Shown here: one piece after another, positions 21,998 through 32,084 of the stretch | Layout: the number at the start of each line of letters is the position of its first letter | Numbering within the stretch: position 1 is the first letter of the stretch | Assembly (NCBI GenBank): GCA_903865775.1 | Contig: CAIPKZ010000419.1 | Coordinates: 3,678-67,677, forward strand | DNA: 64,000 nucleotides | Origin: an uncultured Prolixibacteraceae bacterium | Lineage (GTDB): Bacteria > Bacteroidota > Bacteroidia > Bacteroidales > Prolixibacteraceae | Direction: 5' to 3' | Translations under genes and position numbers: made by a program | The notes under the pieces: generated by a model | What the model was told of the DNA's origin: nothing | The model's database searches: none | The model's input: only the letters and a program-made list of their open reading frames with translations

Positions 21998-24901
21998 ATG
22001 AATAAATTTTTGATTCTTTTCATTTTGGCTCATAGTTTCATTTTTGCTGCGAATGCGCAGTATTTTCAAACCGGGCAAGACCCTTCGTCCGTCAGGTGGA
22101 GACAAATAAATACATCGAATTTTCAGGTAGTTTATCCGGAAGAGTTTGAAAAACAAGCACAACGAGTTTCATACATACTTGAGAACGTTTACGATTACGG
22201 CTCAATGTCATTAAATTATCATCCGCGAAAAGTTTCGGTCATTTTGCATACCAGGACGGTCAATTCGAATGGATTAGTGGCCTGGGCACCCAAACGAATT
22301 GAGCTTTTTACCACTCCAAACCAGCAAATTTACGCTCAGGACTGGCTTGAGCAATTGGGTTTGCATGAATTCAGACACCTGGTACAAATGGATAGAATCC
22401 AGAGTGAATTACCAGGTCTTGTGACAGCAATACTTGGGCAGCAGGCAGCTGCAATTGTGGTTGGAGCTTTCCTGCCATTTTGGTTTTTGGAAGGTGATGC
22501 TGTCGTTACTGAAACTGCACTATCGAATTCAGGACGTGGAAGATTGGCTTCCTTTAGCATGGATTACCGTGCCCAACTGCTTGAAAAAGGAAAATATTCA
22601 TTTGATAAGGCCTATCTTGGATCTTATAAAGACTATGTTACAGATTATTACCGACTCGGATATTGGATGGTCGGGAAAAGTCGAGAAAAATTCGGATCTA
22701 AAATTTGGAGTGATGCCGTAAAAAAGGTTGGCAGACAACCATTTATCCTGACGCCATTAAATTCTTTACTGAGAAAATCAACCGGACTTTCCACCAAACA
22801 AATGTATTCAGATATTTTCGATGGCCTGATTAAAGACTGGAAACAGAAATTACAGTTGTTGACAACCGATTCAATTTCTATAGTTTCGCCTGACAGAAAA
22901 AATTATACAAGCTATCTGTATCCAAAAATTTATAAAGATTCTATCCTTTTTGCATACCGGACTTCGCTCGATAACATTGGGCGGTTCGTCCTGATTTATC
23001 CGGATAAAACCGAAAAAGTAATTTATACTCCGGGAACGATCTTAGACGAATCAGTTTCGATGACGAAAAACCTGATTATTTGGGCTGAAAAAAGGGCAGA
23101 TTTGCGTTGGACACATGCCGATTGTTCAGTCCTACAGATATATGATCTTGAAAAAAAGGTCAGGAGTGAAATTAAAACCCAAAATAAAATCTTTGCCCCG
23201 GTGATCTCTCCTGATTTACTGACCTTTGCAGCAGTTGAAGTGGATCCTGCCAATAACTTCTTCCTTTCAGTTTTTGATTTAAAATCAGGAAAGTTAATAG
23301 ATCGATATAAAACTGCTGATAATCAATACTTTTTCACTCCATGCTGGGATAAAAAAGGGGAGAAGTTGTTTGTAGTTTGCATGTCGGCAAAAGGAAAATA
23401 CCTCGCTTCAGTTGATATCAGGAATAAAGAGGTTGTTCAATTAACTGCGAATGCCTTTTCAGAATTAAAATATCCCACGTATTCGGAAGAACAGCTCATT
23501 TTTACATCCGATTTTTCAGGGATAGATCAGCTTTATTCATTGGATTTGAAAACACTAAAAATCAATCAAATTGTTTCTGTCCGGTTTGGTGCCAATTATC
23601 CGACTGCTTTGAATTCTATGAATCAAATGTATTTCAGTAATTATACTTCCAATGGTTTTGAGCTTGCCAAATTCAAATTTCAGAATAATACTAAATCAAA
23701 GGAAATCTATACTATACAACTTCAAAAGGACTCCCTTTCAATAAAATTAGCGGCTCAGGAAAAGGGTATCCCCGACTTTTCGAATGCCGATTCGGTAAAG
23801 TACTTAACCAAGAGGTACTCAAAGGCAGGGCATATGTTTAATTTCCATAGTTGGGCACCGGCATTTATCGATGTAAACAGCTCTGAAATTAAGCCCGGGT
23901 TTTCTTTGTTTTCGCAAAATGCACTGGGGACTGCAGAAACCAGGTTAGGATACGATTACAATATAGCTGACCATACCGGATTTTATAAAATGGGGTTTAT
24001 CTACTCCGGGTTATTTCCCGAAATCAGTACCGAACTGTCAGCAGGAAATGCAGCATCAAATTATACACAGGTAAATAACACCAGGAACCAGTTTCATGAG
24101 ATTATCCAGCGTGACACAAGTATTCAGCATTATACCTGGAAGGAAATAATCGCCAATATTGATATCCGCTTGCCGCTCAACCTTTCGAAGGGTAAGTATT
24201 CACGTGTATTCAATCCTGAATTGAAATATTCGTTCAACCGGATCATTAACGGCACATCAACACCTGTAAACTTCTATTCCGGAGATTACAATGCATTAAC
24301 GTATCGGCTATATGGTTATAATTTACTCCATCAGTCCAGTCAAAACCTCCTGCCTAAATGGGGTCAGCAATTTGATCTGATATACCGGCATACGCCATTC
24401 AATGGCAATGATTTAGGTACATTAACAGGTATTCAGTCAGCATTGTATTTTCCGGGACTGACAAAAAATTCAGGAATAAAAATTAATCAGGGATATCAGG
24501 AAAAGAGATTTATCAGTAGAAACAGCTTTTCGAATTTCTTACGATTTCCACGTGGATTCCAAACCTATCAAAATAATAAAATGTACTCATTGGCAACCGA
24601 TTACAAGTTTCCAATTTTTTATCCTGATTTTAGTTTTGGAAGGCTGGCATACATTAAACGCGTGAAAGGATCAGTTTTTTATGACTTTGCGTGGCTTTCG
24701 GTGCCAGTTGAAATAAATGGTGAAATATTTCCCAATGATCATGAATTGAAAATGCAATCTTTAGGATTGGAATTAACAGCAGATTTACACCTTCTTCGTT
24801 TTTTTGCTCCTCTCGAAATTGGCTGCCGAACGATATATCTTCCTGATTTTAATACATTTAAGTTTGACCTGTTACTTTCGATACATTTCAATGGTTATTA
24901 G
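21998..24901 (+). CDS. Outer-membrane protein: zinc peptidase (HExxH) + beta-propeller + probable beta-barrel
   Basis: Signal peptide, LHEFRH and downstream EGDA third ligand, TolB-like repeats, C-terminal amphipathic beta strands. Confidence 0.65.
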   Translation: MNKFLILFILAHSFIFAANAQYFQTGQDPSSVRWRQINTSNFQVVYPEEFEKQAQRVSYILENVYDYGSMSLNYHPRKVSVILHTRTVNSNGLVAWAPKRIELFTTPNQQIYAQDWLEQLGLHEFRHLVQMDRIQSELPGLVTAILGQQAAAIVVGAFLPFWFLEGDAVVTETALSNSGRGRLASFSMDYRAQLLEKGKYSFDKAYLGSYKDYVTDYYRLGYWMVGKSREKFGSKIWSDAVKKVGRQPFILTPLNSLLRKSTGLSTKQMYSDIFDGLIKDWKQKLQLLTTDSISIVSPDRKNYTSYLYPKIYKDSILFAYRTSLDNIGRFVLIYPDKTEKVIYTPGTILDESVSMTKNLIIWAEKRADLRWTHADCSVLQIYDLEKKVRSEIKTQNKIFAPVISPDLLTFAAVEVDPANNFFLSVFDLKSGKLIDRYKTADNQYFFTPCWDKKGEKLFVVCMSAKGKYLASVDIRNKEVVQLTANAFSELKYPTYSEEQLIFTSDFSGIDQLYSLDLKTLKINQIVSVRFGANYPTALNSMNQMYFSNYTSNGFELAKFKFQNNTKSKEIYTIQLQKDSLSIKLAAQEKGIPDFSNADSVKYLTKRYSKAGHMFNFHSWAPAFIDVNSSEIKPGFSLFSQNALGTAETRLGYDYNIADHTGFYKMGFIYSGLFPEISTELSAGNAASNYTQVNNTRNQFHEIIQRDTSIQHYTWKEIIANIDIRLPLNLSKGKYSRVFNPELKYSFNRIINGTSTPVNFYSGDYNALTYRLYGYNLLHQSSQNLLPKWGQQFDLIYRHTPFNGNDLGTLTGIQSALYFPGLTKNSGIKINQGYQEKRFISRNSFSNFLRFPRGFQTYQNNKMYSLATDYKFPIFYPDFSFGRLAYIKRVKGSVFYDFAWLSVPVEINGEIFPNDHELKMQSLGLELTADLHLLRFFAPLEIGCRTIYLPDFNTFKFDLLLSIHFNGY

Positions 24902-26108
24902 ATCTGAAAAGAGTCAGTAGGGTGATTTCCGGACGCATTTCGATTCGACCGGGAAAGCCCACCGTTCCAAGCCCTCGATTCACATAAAGTAATTGATTGT
25001 CTGACTGATACAGACCGCCCCAATTTTTTTGGTTAAAAAATATCGGACTGAATTCGATACCAGCGAACTTCATTCCAAACTGACCGCCATGCGTATGTCC
25101 CGAAAGAGTTAATTGAATATCGGTATCAGGAACAACCTTGGCCCGCCAATGTGCCGGATCGTGTGACATCAGAATCTTAAATGAATATTTGGCAATACCA
25201 TTCATCGCAACCTCAAGATTAGCGTATTGCGGAAAAGGAGCATGTCCCCAGTTTTCAACACCAATAAGAGAAAATGATGTGTCTTTTACTGCAACTTTTT
25301 GCCATTGGTTTTGCATGAGAATAAAGCCGGCATCAATTAAACCAGCTTTGATCAGGTTAAGATTTTCCCTTTTACTAATGGTGTCAGGCCAATTGAAATA
25401 ATCGCCATAGTCGTGGTTTCCCTGAATAGCAAATTTTCCGTATTTGCCAGAAAGCTGTTTCAAAAAGGGTTCAAAACCAACCATTTCAACACCAAAATTA
25501 TTGACAATATCACCAGTAAATAATAAAATATCTGGTTGAAGCTGCTCTATTATTTGAATGGTTTTCTTCAATATTTCAGGATTTTTACCAAAACTACCCA
25601 AATGAATATCAGAAAGTTGGACAATTTTGAATCCATTCATTTGTTCCGGCAAATCTGAAAAATACAAGTTTTGCTTTTGTACTTGAATATCAAAACGACC
25701 TGCAAAAATACCATAGAAGATTACAACAACGAGTCCGCAACTTAGTAGAAATGAACCAGCCATCATCAGTATCTGAGAATTTCGCTTCAAAATAACTCTT
25801 GCCAGGTATGAAAGAATTGTCATGACAGTAAAAAAGAACTTCGGCAACAGATTTAGAAAGGTAACCGAGATTACAATATAAAATAAAGTGTAGTTACGAC
25901 TTTGCCGGAGAAGTTCAGGATTGGAAAAAGAATACAACAGCAAGCCAGTAGTTAAAATGCTAACTACAATTAAAATAAAAGCTATATACCGGCGGGTAGT
26001 TTTTTTGAAGTGCAAAAAAAGAATCCGAATTCCAAAGTAGGAGATAAGCTCCACCAGAAAAACGAATAAAAAAAAATAAATTAAAAATTGTGCTGGTATA
26101 CCTCTCAT
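24888..26108 (-). CDS. Membrane-anchored metallophosphoesterase
   Basis: SDIHLG, TGDIVN, GNHDYG and GHTHGGQ motifs plus N-terminal TMs. Confidence 0.92.
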   Translation of the reverse strand: MRGIPAQFLIYFFLFVFLVELISYFGIRILFLHFKKTTRRYIAFILIVVSILTTGLLLYSFSNPELLRQSRNYTLFYIVISVTFLNLLPKFFFTVMTILSYLARVILKRNSQILMMAGSFLLSCGLVVVIFYGIFAGRFDIQVQKQNLYFSDLPEQMNGFKIVQLSDIHLGSFGKNPEILKKTIQIIEQLQPDILLFTGDIVNNFGVEMVGFEPFLKQLSGKYGKFAIQGNHDYGDYFNWPDTISKRENLNLIKAGLIDAGFILMQNQWQKVAVKDTSFSLIGVENWGHAPFPQYANLEVAMNGIAKYSFKILMSHDPAHWRAKVVPDTDIQLTLSGHTHGGQFGMKFAGIEFSPIFFNQKNWGGLYQSDNQLLYVNRGLGTVGFPGRIEMRPEITLLTLFRSNNH

Positions 26109-26589
26109 GATCTTCAGTATTAATCAGAATAGAAAATTACTCATTTTGTGAACGATTACATGATCAAGAACCAATTTTAAAACACAAAGTTGCATTGATA
26201 GTTGAATTCGCACAGATTAACTCCACTAAGAATAAAAATAAAGGAAGATTACTGATCTAAAAATGAAATAATTACGATAAAAAATAAAGATAAAAGACTT
26301 CATTAGAATTCAATATTTATTTTGATTTAGAAATAGGGTAGGGAATAATCACCGGATTAGCGGTTAGAGTCCACTCAAAATCATTATTCATGAAAATTGA
26401 AGTTAAAAAAGCCAATTGAAGAAAAATTACTTTCAAACCTGGATATTTCAATAATGAAGATTTGAATCTGTAAAATTAAATTTCGGAAGCATGAATAATA
26501 AGTAAGCTGTAAGTCCACCTGAAAAATAAAATCTGTAACTATTCTATACTATTTACAAATCAAAATAGAAGAATTGAGACAAAATAGAC

Positions 26590-26989
26590 ACACATATGTA
26601 ACACGTGATTTGTAAGCACAAATGTTAACCGAAATAATTTACGTTTACAGTAAATATTTTCTTCTAATAAATGACATTAGTGTCGGAAAATACCGAACAA
26701 AATACAATACTAATTAAATCAATTAAAGCATTATATTTTAGATAGTTAGTGTGTGTAACATATACTATTAGTTCATCAATTAATTCACTTCTGTCAACTA
26801 TCACTCTAATTTGATTATTGTATTCATACTATACTACTGTATGTGAGTTTATTGCAAGTATATACTAAAGTATTAGTAGAAAGAATTACATGCAATAAAT
26901 TAAATGAAAGACACATTTGTATACAAATCTAATTGCATCAGATTGACATATGTGATTCTGTTTGATTAAACTTTTTATTACATTTGTGT
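26590..26989. promoter_or_regulatory. Cluster of five ACAwwTGT palindromes upstream of the XRE regulator
   Basis: Cores within 26590-26601, 26616-26627, 26911-26922, 26944-26955 and 26978-26989. The last overlaps a TACATTTG -7 promoter motif. Confidence 0.55.
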
Positions 26990-27009
26990 ATCTTCAAATT
27001 TACATATCT

Positions 27010-27528
27010 ATGGAAGAAAGAATCAAGAAATTCATGGAGTACAAAGGGATCTCTTCCTCTGAGCTTGCCGATTCAATCGGAGTTCAGCGTTCGAACGTGA
27101 CCCATGTTTTAAAAGCCAGGAACAAACCCAGTTTCCAGTTTATTGAGAAAATGCTGCAAATTTATCCGGAGATAAATGCCAAATGGCTTTTACTGGGAAC
27201 TGGCAATATGGTTGATGAGCCTTTAAAAACAAGAACATTATTTGATCAGTTGACTGCTCCTGCTAGCCTTCCGCAGCAAAAAACCAAAAAGAAAGAGGAA
27301 CTACCATTCACTCAAGTCACGAATTCATTAGAAACATCAATACCACCAGAAACAACTGAACCAAAGGAAGCAATCGAATCCATGGAGACTGTGATTCCTC
27401 CGTCAGTTGAAAAATCGGTTGGGAATACTGAGCTTCAGAATCACATTTTTAGTTCCGAAAAACCAATCGAACGGCTGATAATTTTCTATAACGACCAAAC
27501 TTTTAAAGTTTACAATCCTTCCAGATAA
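27010..27528 (+). CDS. XRE-family HTH transcriptional regulator
   Basis: MEERIKKF...ELADSIGVQRSNVTHVLKARNKPS HTH, low-complexity linker and C-terminal IERLIIFYNDQTFKVY. Likely start is ATG 27010. Confidence 0.85.
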   Translation: MEERIKKFMEYKGISSSELADSIGVQRSNVTHVLKARNKPSFQFIEKMLQIYPEINAKWLLLGTGNMVDEPLKTRTLFDQLTAPASLPQQKTKKKEELPFTQVTNSLETSIPPETTEPKEAIESMETVIPPSVEKSVGNTELQNHIFSSEKPIERLIIFYNDQTFKVYNPSR

Positions 27529-27564
27529 GTTTTTTAAGCTATATTTGCCGGCAAATTCGTATGC

Positions 27565-28338
27565 ATGAAAAAGACGGTGAATGATTTTCTATTGCTTGAA
27601 AATAAGCAACTTAATAAGGATAATTTTCAACTATTACTTCAATCTCCCCTTCCAATTTCCGACATTTACCCTGGACAATTTATAAATGTTGAAATCAAGG
27701 AAGCTTCAGAGATTTTTCTCCGGCGCCCTTTTTCAATTTTAGATGTCGATTATCAGGAGCAAACTATTTCATTGTTGGTAAAAATACTTGGAAGAGGTTC
27801 CAAAAAACTGACTGAAGCACATGCCGGCCAGACAATTAATGCAATATTTCCACTAGGAAAATCATTTACTTTACCCGATAAATCTGATCGTATTCTGCTT
27901 ATTGGTGGTGGTAGCGGAGTTGCACCCATGCTATTTCTGGCCAAAATCTGTGGATTGGATCCGGCAAATGTTTCAGTATTAATTGGTGCCCGGTCCGCTT
28001 CCGACCATATTGATGTCAGTTCATACCGAAATTACGGGCAGTTTTATTTTGCCACTGAGGATGGTTCGCTGGGTGAAAAGGGCTATGTAACCAATCATCC
28101 GGTATTTTCAGATCAATTGGATAAATTCAATAAAATATACACCTGCGGACCTGATTTGATGATGAAAGCGATTGGAAAAACAGCACTTGAAAAGGACATT
28201 TTCTGTGAAGTTTCGCTCGAAAATATGATGGCTTGCGGTTTTGGCGTTTGTTTGTGTTGTGTGGAAGATACCAAAACCGGTCACAAATGTGTTTGTACTG
28301 ACGGACCTGTATTTAATGTAAACGATCTGAAATGGTGA
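27565..28338 (+). CDS. pyrK: Dihydroorotate dehydrogenase electron transfer subunit
   Basis: [14 protein letters not shown] and [11 protein letters not shown]...C 2Fe-2S motif. Confidence 0.95.
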   Translation: MKKTVNDFLLLENKQLNKDNFQLLLQSPLPISDIYPGQFINVEIKEASEIFLRRPFSILDVDYQEQTISLLVKILGRGSKKLTEAHAGQTINAIFPLGKSFTLPDKSDRILLIGGGSGVAPMLFLAKICGLDPANVSVLIGARSASDHIDVSSYRNYGQFYFATEDGSLGEKGYVTNHPVFSDQLDKFNKIYTCGPDLMMKAIGKTALEKDIFCEVSLENMMACGFGVCLCCVEDTKTGHKCVCTDGPVFNVNDLKW

Positions 28339-29243
28339 ATTTAGAAATAAAAATTCATGAGCTGGCTTTTAAAAATCCGGTTCTGACTGCATCAGGAACT
28401 TGTGGATTTGGTGAAGAAATAGCTGATTTTATTGATCTCTCGCTTCTTGGAGGCCTTGTTGTAAAAGGAACAACCTTGAAACACCGCGAAGGAAATGCCT
28501 ATCCACGCATGGCTGAAACACCTTCAGGAATGTTGAATGCAGTTGGACTTCAAAACAAAGGTGTCGATAATTTCATTCGAAATATTTATCCAAATATTAA
28601 AGATCTGGATACACACATCATTGTTAATGTAAATGGTTCAACAATTGATGAATACGTTGAATTAACTGAACGTATCAATGAACTGGATAAAGTCCCTGCA
28701 ATCGAATTAAATATAAGTTGTCCGAACGTCAAAGAAGGCGGAATGGCTTTTGGTATCAGTTGCCCTTCTGCCGAGGCTGTAGTTCGGGCGGTCAGAAAGG
28801 TGTATGATAAAACTTTAATTGTAAAACTTTCACCCAATGTTACCAACATTGCTGACATTGCCAAGGCAGTTGAAAGTCAGGGTGCCGACAGTGTTTCATT
28901 GATTAACACATTACTTGGTATGGCGGTAAATGCTGAAACCAAAAAACCTGTTTTATCAACTATTACAGGAGGTTTATCAGGACCGGCAATTAAGCCCATA
29001 GCACTGCGTATGGTATGGCAGGTTTATAATGCTGTTAAAATCCCGGTTATCGGAATGGGTGGTATTATGAATGCGACAGATGCCATTGAGTTTATGATTG
29101 CCGGGGCATCGGCTGTTCAGGTTGGTACAGCAATTTTTATTGATCCGACCATCCCATTACATATCATCGATGGCATTAAATCTTATATGGAACGGCATAA
29201 AATTCAGTCTGTTAACGAAATAATAGGAAGTTTACAATGCTGA
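28332..29243 (+). CDS. pyrD: Dihydroorotate dehydrogenase (class 1B)
   Basis: [14 protein letters not shown] and [10 protein letters not shown] motifs. Confidence 0.97.
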   Translation: MVNLEIKIHELAFKNPVLTASGTCGFGEEIADFIDLSLLGGLVVKGTTLKHREGNAYPRMAETPSGMLNAVGLQNKGVDNFIRNIYPNIKDLDTHIIVNVNGSTIDEYVELTERINELDKVPAIELNISCPNVKEGGMAFGISCPSAEAVVRAVRKVYDKTLIVKLSPNVTNIADIAKAVESQGADSVSLINTLLGMAVNAETKKPVLSTITGGLSGPAIKPIALRMVWQVYNAVKIPVIGMGGIMNATDAIEFMIAGASAVQVGTAIFIDPTIPLHIIDGIKSYMERHKIQSVNEIIGSLQC

Positions 29244-30553
29244 ATTTTATTAAAACACATATCTGCACCATTAATTTATTCAGAAATCTACTCATCTTTT
29301 TATTGATTGTTTCCAGATGCACCGTTCATTTGGATCCAAGTGAACTCAAAATTCATACGGAAGAATTAGATACAAAGAGTCTTAATTCAAATATTACCAA
29401 CAGTTTATCTGAGTTTTCCGGTAGTAAATTCATTAAGAAGGAAGTGGATGAATTCCTTCAGCAATGGAATCTGGCCGGACTGACCATGTCCATAGTAAAA
29501 GATGGTAAGTTGGTTTATGCTCATGGTTTTGGATATGCTGATGTAATTGCCAAAGAGCAGGTTACGCCGGGAAACTTATTCAGGATAGCAAGTGTAAGTA
29601 AATTGATTACCGCTGTTGCCATCATGAAATTAGTTGAAAAGAAAAGTATTTCACTTGATTCAAAAGTATTTGGTCCTAATGCAATTCTGAAAGATCAGGT
29701 TTTTAATACCGTTGCTGATAAACGAATTTATAATATTACCGTTCGTCACCTGCTTGCACATGCCGGTGGATGGTCTTTAAGTTATGGAGATCCAGCTTTT
29801 AATTCCCTGATTGTGCTTGAGAAAACAGGCGAAACCGGAGCAGCAACAATGGATTCGTATTGTAGATTTGTAGCTTCCAGACGGTTGCATTTTGAGCCGG
29901 GAACACGCTCTTCTTATTCAAATATGGGATATATGTTCCTGGCAAATGTAATTGCTGCTGTTTCCGGTCGTTCATATGAAGATTTTATTCGGAATGAAGT
30001 TTTAAAACCTGTCGGAATTTCGGACATGCACATTGGTAAAAGTTATCTTTCCGGTCGTCGGTTTAATGAGGTAAAATATTATGAATCAGAAGAAAGTCCA
30101 ATGATTCCGGCATTTGACGGATCAGGAACTTTGGTCCCGAAACCTTATGGCGGCAATCCAATAGAATTGCTCAGTTCAGCTGGTGGTTGGATTTCCTCAT
30201 CGGTAGAATTGGCCAAATTGATGGCCATGATTGATGGATCCAGAACTTTCCCGGATATGTTACCTCAAAGCCTGATCAATCAAATGACAGAAAATAAGTT
30301 TTTCAGAGGTCCGCTTGGATGGAAAATTGTCAAAGACAATGGTGATTGGATCAGGACAGGAAGTATGGCAGGCACCTCAGCCATTTTGAAACGACAAAGT
30401 AATGGATTTTCATGGGTAGTAATCATTAATTCGAGCAGCTGGAAAGGGCCGCGTTTGCCTGCCTATGTCAACTATATGATGGGGAAAATTGAGAAATCGG
30501 TAACCATTTGGCCCAAACAGGACTTGTTTAAATTTATTCCAAAGAAATTGTAA
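29237..30553 (+). CDS. Serine hydrolase, beta-lactamase/PBP-like family
   Basis: SVSK (SxxK) and YSN (YxN) motifs, LLAH. Confidence 0.9.
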   Translation: MLNFIKTHICTINLFRNLLIFLLIVSRCTVHLDPSELKIHTEELDTKSLNSNITNSLSEFSGSKFIKKEVDEFLQQWNLAGLTMSIVKDGKLVYAHGFGYADVIAKEQVTPGNLFRIASVSKLITAVAIMKLVEKKSISLDSKVFGPNAILKDQVFNTVADKRIYNITVRHLLAHAGGWSLSYGDPAFNSLIVLEKTGETGAATMDSYCRFVASRRLHFEPGTRSSYSNMGYMFLANVIAAVSGRSYEDFIRNEVLKPVGISDMHIGKSYLSGRRFNEVKYYESEESPMIPAFDGSGTLVPKPYGGNPIELLSSAGGWISSSVELAKLMAMIDGSRTFPDMLPQSLINQMTENKFFRGPLGWKIVKDNGDWIRTGSMAGTSAILKRQSNGFSWVVIINSSSWKGPRLPAYVNYMMGKIEKSVTIWPKQDLFKFIPKKL

Positions 30554-30721
30554 AACAGACCAGTTGGTGTCCTATACTTTCACACTTTATTCCTGACTTT
30601 CCTTTCAGAATATATACTTTAACTTTAAATTTACTAACGAGTGATTGAACTTTTCAATCTCTATCTTGTTAGTTTGTTTGCTTACGTGAAGCTCATAATA
30701 GTTAAATAATATATTGGAAGT

Positions 30722-32059
30722 ATGTCAGAATTTAAAATCCAGATGCCAAAATTGGGCGAAAGTGTTCAGGAAGCTACCATTACCAAATGGTTTGTTAAAG
30801 AAGGTGATCGAATAGAGGAAGATCAGTCGCTTTTTGAGGTTGCCACCGATAAGGTGGATTCTGAAATCCCATCGCCTGTTGATGGCATTATTAAAACAAT
30901 ATTTTTTGCAGTCAATGCGCTGGTTCCTGTTGGTGATACAGTGGCAATTATAACTACTGAAGACGATGATGAACCAACAAAAATTGATGAAGTCAAAGTT
31001 CCTGTTACAGAACTAGAAAAACCTGTTGTTCAGTCAAAAAAAGATGTAATTGAACCGGTACAAATCGGAGCTCCTGTAAAGATAATTGAACCAGAACCTG
31101 TTGCTGAAGTTTCTGAAATCAAAGGAACCCGGTTTTATTCACCTTTGGTCATGTCAATTGCCAAATCAGAACAGGTAAGTTTAGGCGAGCTGGAATCGAT
31201 AAAAGGCTCAGGATTAAATAACCGGGTTCAGAAAAATGATATTCTGGCTTATGTTGATGACCGCAAAAAGGGCAAAGTTTCCAGTCCTGCTGCAGAAGTT
31301 AAGACAAAAGAAAATGTAGCGCAGGGAAAAGTTTCAATTTCATTGGGAGCCAGCGATCAGATTATTGAAATGGACCGCGTACGTAAAATTATTGCCGATC
31401 ACATGGTGATGTCAAAACAGGTTTCTCCTCATGTGACTTCAGTTGTTGAAGCCGATGTGACCAACCTGGTTTTATGGAGAAATAAGGCAAAAGACGAATT
31501 TCTTGCCAAACATGGTGACAAAATCACCTATATGCCAGTGTTTATTGAAGCTGTAGCCCGCGCAATTACTGAATTTCCATTATTGAATTCATCGGTTGAC
31601 GGCCGTAATATCATTATTCACAAGGATGTAAACATTGCCATTGCAGTAGCAAAACCCGATGGAAACCTGGTAGTTCCGGTAATTAAAAATGCAGAACAGA
31701 AAAATCTGGTTGGACTGACCAAATCCATGAATCAACTGGCAGATGCAGCACGTCGCAATAAACTGACTGTAGAAGATTACCAGGGTGGTACATTTACAAT
31801 TACCAATTTCGGATCATTCAGAAATTTAATTGGTACACCCATAATTAGTCAGCCTCAGGTTGCTATTCTTGCCACCGGAAGTATAGAGAAAAAACCAGCA
31901 GTAATGGAGACTCCAACTGGAGATGCAATAGTAGTTCGTCATAAAATGTTCCTCTCATTATCATATGATCACCGGATAATAGATGGCGCATTGGGCGGGG
32001 CTTTCCTTCGGCGAATAGCAGATATTCTTGAAGAATTCAGTATTGATCGCGAAATATAA
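30722..32059 (+). CDS. 2-oxoacid dehydrogenase E2 (dihydrolipoamide acyltransferase)
   Basis: Lipoyl motif TDKVDSEI, E3-binding domain and DHRIIDG. Confidence 0.95.
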   Translation: MSEFKIQMPKLGESVQEATITKWFVKEGDRIEEDQSLFEVATDKVDSEIPSPVDGIIKTIFFAVNALVPVGDTVAIITTEDDDEPTKIDEVKVPVTELEKPVVQSKKDVIEPVQIGAPVKIIEPEPVAEVSEIKGTRFYSPLVMSIAKSEQVSLGELESIKGSGLNNRVQKNDILAYVDDRKKGKVSSPAAEVKTKENVAQGKVSISLGASDQIIEMDRVRKIIADHMVMSKQVSPHVTSVVEADVTNLVLWRNKAKDEFLAKHGDKITYMPVFIEAVARAITEFPLLNSSVDGRNIIIHKDVNIAIAVAKPDGNLVVPVIKNAEQKNLVGLTKSMNQLADAARRNKLTVEDYQGGTFTITNFGSFRNLIGTPIISQPQVAILATGSIEKKPAVMETPTGDAIVVRHKMFLSLSYDHRIIDGALGGAFLRRIADILEEFSIDREI

Positions 32060-32084
32060 AATCATATAAATTTAAATCAGATCT

